NCBI RefSeq assembly: GCF_004010195.1
Contig: NC_057719.1
Span: 47,679,808 to 47,743,807 of the forward strand
Direction of reading: 5' to 3'
Origin: Chiloscyllium plagiosum
Lineage: Eukaryota
DNA: 64,000 nucleotides
Shown: one piece after another, positions 26,501-35,500 of the stretch
Layout of the letters: each line of letters opens with the position of its first letter
Numbering within the stretch: the first letter of the stretch is position 1
Notes under the pieces: model-generated
Told to the model about the DNA's origin: nothing
Databases searched by the model: none
The model's input: the letters and a program-made list of their open reading frames with translations, nothing else
Program-made: the position numbers and the translations under genes

Positions 26501-29500
26501 ATAAGAAAAACTGCAGCATATTAACATGCCAAATTTCCCCTAAAGTAAATGCATTAAAATTCCATCAAATTTGACAATATTGTTATGTATTTGGCTTTAA
26601 GGGGTTAACACGTAGGGGGTTCCATACAACAGCCAAGCAGGGTGAGATCAATAGTTGTGATGTTGAGAAGATATGCTCTTCTTCATTAGGGTAAATAAAA
26701 CCACAGAAAGTAGACAAAATCAAACACAAAATATTGCTGAGGAAAGGAGTGAACAAAGACAGAAATGGGAACTATTTAAATGTAAATCTATGATTCGCTC
26801 CAGTAATAATATCTAACAATATTCAATATCTAGGATCATACCAAAAGAGTACTTTGAAGTATTAAAGGGATTTTCTGCTATCTAGTGATCTCTGAGGCAT
26901 GAAGTTTCCCTTTCTTGATATGTGCAAGATCAAGACAAACACTAGGCATACAGTAACAGTGATATCACCGCAGGGAGTTGGCAGCCAATTACACTGAAGT
27001 ATTCTCAAACAGCAAATCAGAAAGTAAAATGCAGTAAAATCTTCTACTCAATTAAAATTTCCACAGAGTAAATACAAATCATCAGTGATACACATGGGAT
27101 TAAAGTAGCTGAAATATCATAACTTTTTTTTAAATTTGAAAAAAACATTATTGCCATAATAATGGCAAAAAAGCATCCCAGTGATATAACATTAGATTTC
27201 TATGAGTAACTATTGAGTTATTAAAATTAAATTGCATTTATATAGTAACTGTTATGGCCACAGAAAGATCCAAAATGCTTTACAGCCAATAAAGTACTTT
27301 GGAAGTACAGTCAGTGTTGACACATAGCAGGCAATTTACATGTAGCAAGCTCCCACAAAAAGAAATGCTGTACTAATTATTGAAAAAATATTGACTATGA
27401 CACCTGGAACAACTTTCTCATCAGTGGTGAGGTTCTGGAACCCACGAGTTCAAAGGGTAATACAGGCAAAAACCATAATCACATTAAAACATGCGGTGGA
27501 ACAGTCAATGGGTTTAGGAATCAAAATTTGGAGAGTGGGATTAGTGTGACGAGGTATTCATCGACTGGTATGGACATAATGTGCCAGACGACTACCTTCT
27601 GTGCATGAAATCTTACTGTGTTTTCTATGTATCTATAACTCTTATTAAAAATAGTGCCATTGGCTCTTCTATGTCTACATTAGAGGACAGACAGGCCTTC
27701 ACTTAGTAGGCTCTCGTCAAAAAGATAGCAGCTTAAATCTTCCAACTTCCCTCACTGGATTGGAATGTGTTGCTGGAAAAGCGCAGCAGGTCAGGCAGCA
27801 TCCAGGGAACAGGAGAATCGACGTTTCGGGCATAAACCCTTCTTCAGGAATGAGGAAAGTTTGTCCAGCAGGCTAAGATAAAAGGTAGGGAGGAGGGACT
27901 TGGGGGAGGGGCGTCGGAAATGTGATAGGTGGAAAGAGGTCAAGGTGAGGGTGATAGGCCAGACTGGGGTGGGGGCGGAGAGGTCGGGAAGAAGATTGCA
28001 GGTTAGGAAGGCGGTGCTGAGTTCGATGGATTTGACTGAGACAAGGTGGGAGGAGGGGAAATGAAATTTTCAGCTCTGATCTCCAGCATCTGCAGACCTC
28101 ACTTTCTCCTAGCCATAGTGAAGCCACACAGTGTCTAACTCAATGACTCGTCTCTGGTAAATACGAACGTTGTTGATCTCCTCTTGTGTTGAAATCAGAA
28201 ACAGACATGAAGGTGACAATTGGAAGCCACCCACCCTGCACTGAGACTGAAGCCAGCCGTCTCTGGTTTGATGTTTTCAAGAAAGACCTTTATATCTGCG
28301 ATGGGAAGATTTGGGTGTCAATCTTACAAGGTAATGCAACAATATCATTAAGGTAGAGATGGATTGTTTGTAGTGCCACCCCTCAGTGAAGTTGTTAATG
28401 AATAAATAGAATACATAAAGAAAGAAAGTCACATTTGTATGAACCTCAGCAAGGCTCATTACGGTCAATGAAATTTTTTTTACTCAGCCAATGAAACAGG
28501 GCACAATAAGCTCCCACAAACAGCAATATGATAGTTGCCAAGTGACCTGCTTTTGCAATGTTGATTGGTCAGGACTCCAGGGTTAACTCCCTTACTATTC
28601 TTTAAAATTGTGCTATGGTATCTTCTCCCTCCACTTGAGAGGATAGAATCATAGAATCCCTACAGTGTGGAAACAGGCCCTTCAGCTCAACAAATCCACA
28701 CCAATCTTCTGAAGATCCATTCCCCTATCCTATTATCCTATACTTACCCGTGACTAATGCACCTAACCTGAACATTATGACAATTTAGCATGACCAGTTC
28801 ACGTACCCTGCATGTCTTTGGATTGTGGGAGGAAACCTGAGCACCCAGAGGAAACCCACACAGACATGGGGAGAATGTACTGTCGCCCAACGGTAGAATC
28901 AAATGCAATACCCTGGTGCTGTGAGACAGCAGTGCTAACCACTGAGCTACCATGCCAGATAGATGCGACCTTTTTTCTTAACAATTCGCCTCTGACTGCA
29001 CACCCCTGCTCAGGACTACACTGGGGTATCAACCCAGATTAGAACTTTCTAAAGAGGCATTTTGCCCACAATATTGTAAATCAGCGTTCAGGGTTCAAGT
29101 AGTGAGTCACGCTAATTCAGAGTGCATCAGTGCTGAACGGTACTGTCTTCCATGTGCGTCAATGATCAGATAAAGGTCTCTGAGTGTTGAATAAATTATC
29201 CCCTCCCCACGCCTCCATCCTACTCTGACCTATCACCCTCACCTTGACCTCTTTCCACCTATCACATTTCCAACGCCCCTCCTCCAAGTCCCTCCTCCCT
29301 ACCTTTTATCTTCTCCTGCTGAACACTCTCTGCTCATTCCTGAAGAAGGGCCTGTGCCCGAAACGTCGAATCTCCTGTTCCCTGGATGCTGCCTGACCTG
29401 CTGTGCTGTTCCAGCAATAAAGTTTCAACTATTTTTATTGCATGACCAAGCTACAGATTGATGCAAATATGCACTGGGACTGTTCAACTGCTGATTCCTC

Positions 29501-32500
29501 CTGCATTTTTAAAAAAGCCCTGTAGAAAGCCATAGGCATACAGCCACACCTTTTGTCACTGTGCCTTATAACAATTTAACTGCGAAGAAACTATGCAAGT
29601 GCCTTTGCACCAATTATTTTTAAGGTGCCTGGGGAAACGCCACTTTTTGTCATTAGCCTACTAAGAAAATCATATAGGTGCTATTCTTGAGAACTTGATC
29701 GTACTTAAAAATAGCCCAGGAAATTCATGTCAGAATTATGCCAGAAATTATTTTAACATTTATAAAATGTCACCTCTATTTTGAGAGCAAAATATAATAA
29801 AACTATTTCCAAAAGTTCAAAGCAATTCAGCAAATGTTCATAAACTTACATTCCATCCATTTAAAAATGAAGATAAGCTAACTTCAATGAAAAGTGCAAA
29901 CAAAATAAGCATTTTAAATTCATAATCATTTTTTAGTTTAGAAATTGGACAAAATTATCTTAAAACATTTAAATTTCCAGTATTTTGACTTCTCATTACT
30001 GAATAATAGAATCTCATGAAGGAAAATAAACATTTTGACACTAACTTATCCTGTAAATAATTCAGTGTGAATTCCATCACAATATCCTCAAACAATAATG
30101 GAGTTTCACAAATTAACACGAGAATATTATACCTTTCAATGCATTTTCTGGTCTGTACGTTCCAAACCACCATTGATCCATCAATGCTCCCAGCAGCCAC
30201 ATAACCACCACAAGGAGACCATGATACAACATTTAATGGCTGAGGAAAAAGAATGGGAAAATAATCCTCAAATTTAGCATTTGTAAAAAAATACATTAAT
30301 CTTGCCTTTAATAATCACCTGTCTGTCTTTGAAAATAAACACAACTTCTAAAAACAGTTGGCAAAACTTACAGGGAAAATACACAAGGTTTCTTACCTAT
30401 TTTGGCAAAATAATTTTTAATATTTCTATGATCTTCTAAACATTAGTTCTAATCCAGAGGACTTGTTGTTTAGAAAGCTATTTGCAATGATTGCTGCTTC
30501 ATGAAATGTTATTTTAATATAAAAATGTTATTTTTATATTAAATTTCAGTAAGGTTACTCTCAATTGGAAAACTTACCATCATAATACTTTCATCTGAAA
30601 GATTGTCAGTATTTTCCCAGGTGTCCCTTTCAAAGAGCTTCACAACCTTTTCTACTGGAACTGCCAGAAGCTATATGCACATACCAAAACAAAAAGACAG
30701 AATTAAATTGAAAACATTCAAATTACACATGTATTCAGTCAATTGTTAAAATTTAATTTCCAAACATTTCTTCTCATTTTTTGGTATACATGTTGCATAC
30801 TTTTCTGGTTAGTAATGCAGAAACGAATTACAATACTAGAAACTCTGGTCAAAGCGGAGACCAAAATACACAACTAAAGCTACATTATCAACAGCATAAA
30901 ATGTACCCAAAAGATCCTATTCCACTTACTGAACCAAACAAATTTAGGATCAGGTTCGTACAAGGCCGGTCTGGAGTCCACAATGAAGTAGAATACAGAC
31001 GGAACTGGCCTATAGTTCATCAATACATGGCACTGGTAGCCTCTCCATTACATGTCCATATAGCATCACCCTTTTCTTACGGTATTTGCTCCCACAAGAA
31101 TTGCAACCCGCAAGACACTGCCATCAGTTCAGAGACTACTAAATCACCCGAAATGGCTGCTTGCTAATGAGAAAAGAAACACTGCAGACTTGATAAGTTG
31201 AGCTATCATACCCCAGAGTCTCCCATTGAGGAATTACTCAGTACTATCATCCATCACAAGGCGGGAATAGCTTGGAGGTGATGTAACTCCACTAGGCTAG
31301 GCACCACAATCCACCTCACCCAAATACAGGACAACCGTACACGTACTGCAGCTAATCCAGTAAGGCTAGGAATACTTTAGCAAATAATTCACTTCCTGAC
31401 CACCCTCCCAAAGCTTATCCACCATATTCAAGGTACAAGTTAAGAGTGTAATGGAAAACTCTTCAATCACCTGAATCTGCAGTTCCTACAACACTCAGGA
31501 AGTTCGAACACAAACTAAGCAGCTGTCTTCTTTATTGACACCTGATCTATAAGCAGAAATCAGTAACGCCCTCCATCAGTGGTGAACCATTATTGAGTGT
31601 ACACACAATGCAAGCTGCACTACAGAAACTTACCAAGGCTTCTTCAATAGCACTTTCCAAATCCATGACCTCCACTGTCTAGAAGGAGAAGTGAAGCAGG
31701 TACACGAGAACATCACCACCTGCAAGACCCCCTTCCAAGTCATGTGCCCATCTTGACTTAGAATCATATCATTCTCCATCATCACTGGGGTAAAATCTTG
31801 CAACTACCTATCTAAATAGCACTGCAAGAGTACCTATGGACTTGAGATTATTTTCCAATGCATAGTTATAGCAGGTTAATTGTGGTTAAATGAGAAATCT
31901 GGTAACTTAAGCATGTGGCATTTTGTCTGTGATTGCTTATTATCAAAGATAGCCCCTCAAAGGTGAGATTAACCAAATGGCCCACACTAACAAATTTACT
32001 GGTGGAGTAAACTCCCATTTTGTAATAACCTTTGAAGTGAAAGTCTTTAGTATACAGGCAAAGTTTTGTGTTTAAAATTGGCTTCATTTTATAACTACAT
32101 TACTTTGGAATGACGTTGTGTAATTAATTACATACAACAATTTCTTAAGACAATCTAGGCTGTAAAATTTCAGTGATAAGGTTTGATTCTTGGTAAATGA
32201 CAATCTAAACAACCAAAGGCTTTCCAAAATTTCCTTTTATTAACTTGTTCTAGGCAGCAGTTATTACATAAATAAATGGTTATTTTAACTTTAAGATATT
32301 GATGGTTTTAGAATTCACCAGAACATTTGGGTTGATATTTATGACTAGAATATGACACTACATACCTCTAAGCACACAAAAGTACTTGGATAGTATTTCC
32401 TTACTTGGCTTACTAAGTTTATGACTTCCTACTAACAGGGAAAACTTGGAAGGAAAAGGTGTACCCTGTCATTGATAATTTTGTGAACCAGTTGGGAGAC

Positions 32501-35500
32501 AGTCATATTATTAATATAATTTCTATCACAGTTAAGAAACTAATCAGGAATTAAAGCACACACTACCTCACCAATCCAAGACTGATTATGTGCTGTCCAT
32601 GCATCAGCAAACCAGAGTTCAGGATACCATTATTTGCCAAAATGAACACTCCAAACTTAAAACAGTGACATGTGTATATTTGAGCTCTCAGCAGCAGGTG
32701 CCAACAGCACCACCAGAACAGCACAAGTAGCAAGATCCATTACAAGTAAGCCAATGTATCGTTATCACCTTTGTGGTCACAACAGGTGCAAACTAGATCC
32801 CACTGAATAGAAGCTTTACCAGTGGCAGATGTGCAACTCCTAACATTTCAAGCTATTTGATGGATAATTATCAACAGCATGTCCAATAATCTAAAAAAAA
32901 CAACTGCATTGTTATAAATATCCAATTTCATTGAAATATACTAAACATGCCTCCAATTATTATTACATCCAGGTTCTTGATTAAAAAACTAAGATAGAGA
33001 AACATCTTTCAGGAGGTTGATACACCTACATAATGCCAATTTAAGTCTTTGCACATTTCCTTGACACAAACCAAGTTGATGTTTCTCAGGACGTACCTCT
33101 AAGACTATTACTGTTCTTACTCTTTTGCCCAGAACAGATGGCCAACACACCAAAAGGCTACTTTCTAGTATTTAGAATAATCACTTCAGTGCACTTTACT
33201 TGAATTCAAGGGAATTTTTTTTAAAAAAACTATGTTTTAAAAATTTTCATTCTACAGATTTACACAAATCGGAATCATTCCTAGCTCTAGATGTCTAACA
33301 TCTCTTACCAGGTGACACATTGCAATAGCAGTCTGAGAGTGGTTGACTGCATACACAACCAAGGATGGTAGGCATTTATTAATCGTGAAGAAAAGGGCAA
33401 TACTTCACTTACATAAAATAAACTCCTTTAATTAATTATATATTTTCCATCAGTAAACCAGACTGCATGAAGACACAATTTTATTAATATTACATCTGAT
33501 ATTTTTCATATCAGATATCTGACCTCATCTGTTTAACATAGGTAGGACTAGGATTACATCCTATCTCTTCACCCTTCAGGCACTCTGCCTGTATTCCTGA
33601 TGAAGGGCTTTTGCCCAAAACGTCGATTTTCCTGCTCCTTGGTTGCTGCCTGAACTGCTGTGCTTTTCCAGCACCACTCTAATCCAGAAATATGATTACA
33701 TCCCTAACCAAGGCAATATTTTCTTAATCTCTGTTGTTAAAAAAAAAATTGATGGTGTCTCTTAAGGTATTTTTGTATGGTGCTAATTTTGTATTTACCT
33801 TTCCAATCTTTGGTTGCCACTCAAGTCTACAGATTGATGTAGCACGGTTCACCTCATTGAATTTAGTTAATAGTGGCCAACTTGCTACACGTGTCTACAA
33901 AATAAAAAATAAAACTATTATTGCACATATTAAATGTATTTTACTTCAAAACAGATTTTATAGGATTCAATAAAAGAAAAGAAATTATAATGAATGTGAC
34001 AAGAATGCAGAGTTAAAATCCATAGTGCAATTAAGCTTTGTATACATACCACCTTTTAGTACAATTTTATCCGAAACTAGCACTGATGTACATTAACTAC
34101 ATGACCTCAATCGTAAAGCTTGTCCAACTTACTTGATCAGCAATTTTCCAGACACAAACTGCTCCATCGCAACTAGAGGAAGCCTGTAAACATAACATGA
34201 CTGTTACCTGCTTAATAATTTAAGTACTGAACCATGAAAATGTTTTGCATATATTTAAATATTATAGTCATTTATAATATCAAAAGTTCAATTGCGAGTT
34301 TTTAATAAGAAATGTCAGCAATGCAGCGAGGCAGAAAGAATTATTGCACATGAGTTGTAAAACCAAGAAAAGAAGTCTTTCTCCAACTGTCGGGAGTGTT
34401 GGGCGACGTTACTGTGAAGATTTTGGTAATTTTACACATTGCCTTTATTTACAAAGAAATATATTTGAATTGGAAGTGTTTTGAAACAAAAGGTTGATTC
34501 CTGGGATAAATGATGGTCTTTTAAGAAAAGTTTGAGGAGATTGGAGTTCATAAGAGTGAGAGGTCATCTTATTGAAACATACAGAATTCTAAGGAGCTTG
34601 ATAAGTTAGATGCTGGGAGGATATATTCCTCCTCATGGACATGAATCTGGAATAGTTTCACAGGGTACAGTTTCAGAAGAGGTGAGGATAAATTTATTTT
34701 CACACAAGGGTCCTTAATCTTTTGAATTCCATATCCCACAGACCAGAAGAGGCTGAGTCATTGAATGTAGTCAAGGTTGCATTAGACAGATTTTTGATAT
34801 AATTAGGTCAAGGTATTTTTTGGAAGTGGGGCAGGAGTGTGACTTTGAGGCCAAGATTAGCCCTAGCCATGATTTTATGGAATGGTGATGCTTATTTGAA
34901 AGTCCATTTGGCCTATTCCTGCTCTGATTTCTTAGGATTTTAATATGAACCCAGAACTGTAAATATATTTTAGCACTCATTAGTCTTAGTTTAAAATAAC
35001 TTTATAGCCTATTACTGACAGATCTTGAATGGATTAAGGTGCACTAATATTTTATTACCAAAAATAAATCCTTTGGATCAAAGGCAACACTGAGGATAGG
35101 ACCTTCATGACCTCGAATAGTCTTCTGCTGACTGTTGTCCTTGGTCTCAATGATCTTCACCATAAAGTCACTGCAAGGGACAGTCATGCAATTACCTACT
35201 TTGTACATAACCAGAGGCAATATTCAGATCCCACATTAAGAAAATATGTTAGTCCTCTTCATTATCAGAAAATAAAACACATAACTTAAATATATTGCAT
35301 TCAAAATCAAAAATACCCTTGATGTTACATCTGCATCCTTTTACCTTTCCCTTTCCAAAAGCTGATGTTTAAAATTGTTAATGGTTACCTAAAATCTATT
35401 ACATGGTGATCATTTGCAATATAGTGTAGCATTCTCCAAACTTGCATTACCTGGAACCAGCAGCAACACTGGTTGCAGAAGTATTGAAGACGACGTGGTT

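Larger units (their letters stand above)
25915..29429 (+). mobile_element. Composite Penelope-like insertion: inverted terminus + direct terminal repeats flanking about 2.8 kb cargo
   Basis: Perfect 16-bp direct repeat TATTTTTATTGCATGA at 25899-25914 and 29430-29445. Direct repeats of about 220 bp (26133-26353 and 29210-29430, 2 differences seen). Inverted copy at 25915-26114. Confidence 0.8.

Noticed and set aside
26357..26545. Hydrophobic open frames at the start of the cargo
   Set aside because: No recognisable homology or coherent splice sites; AT-rich chance ORFs.
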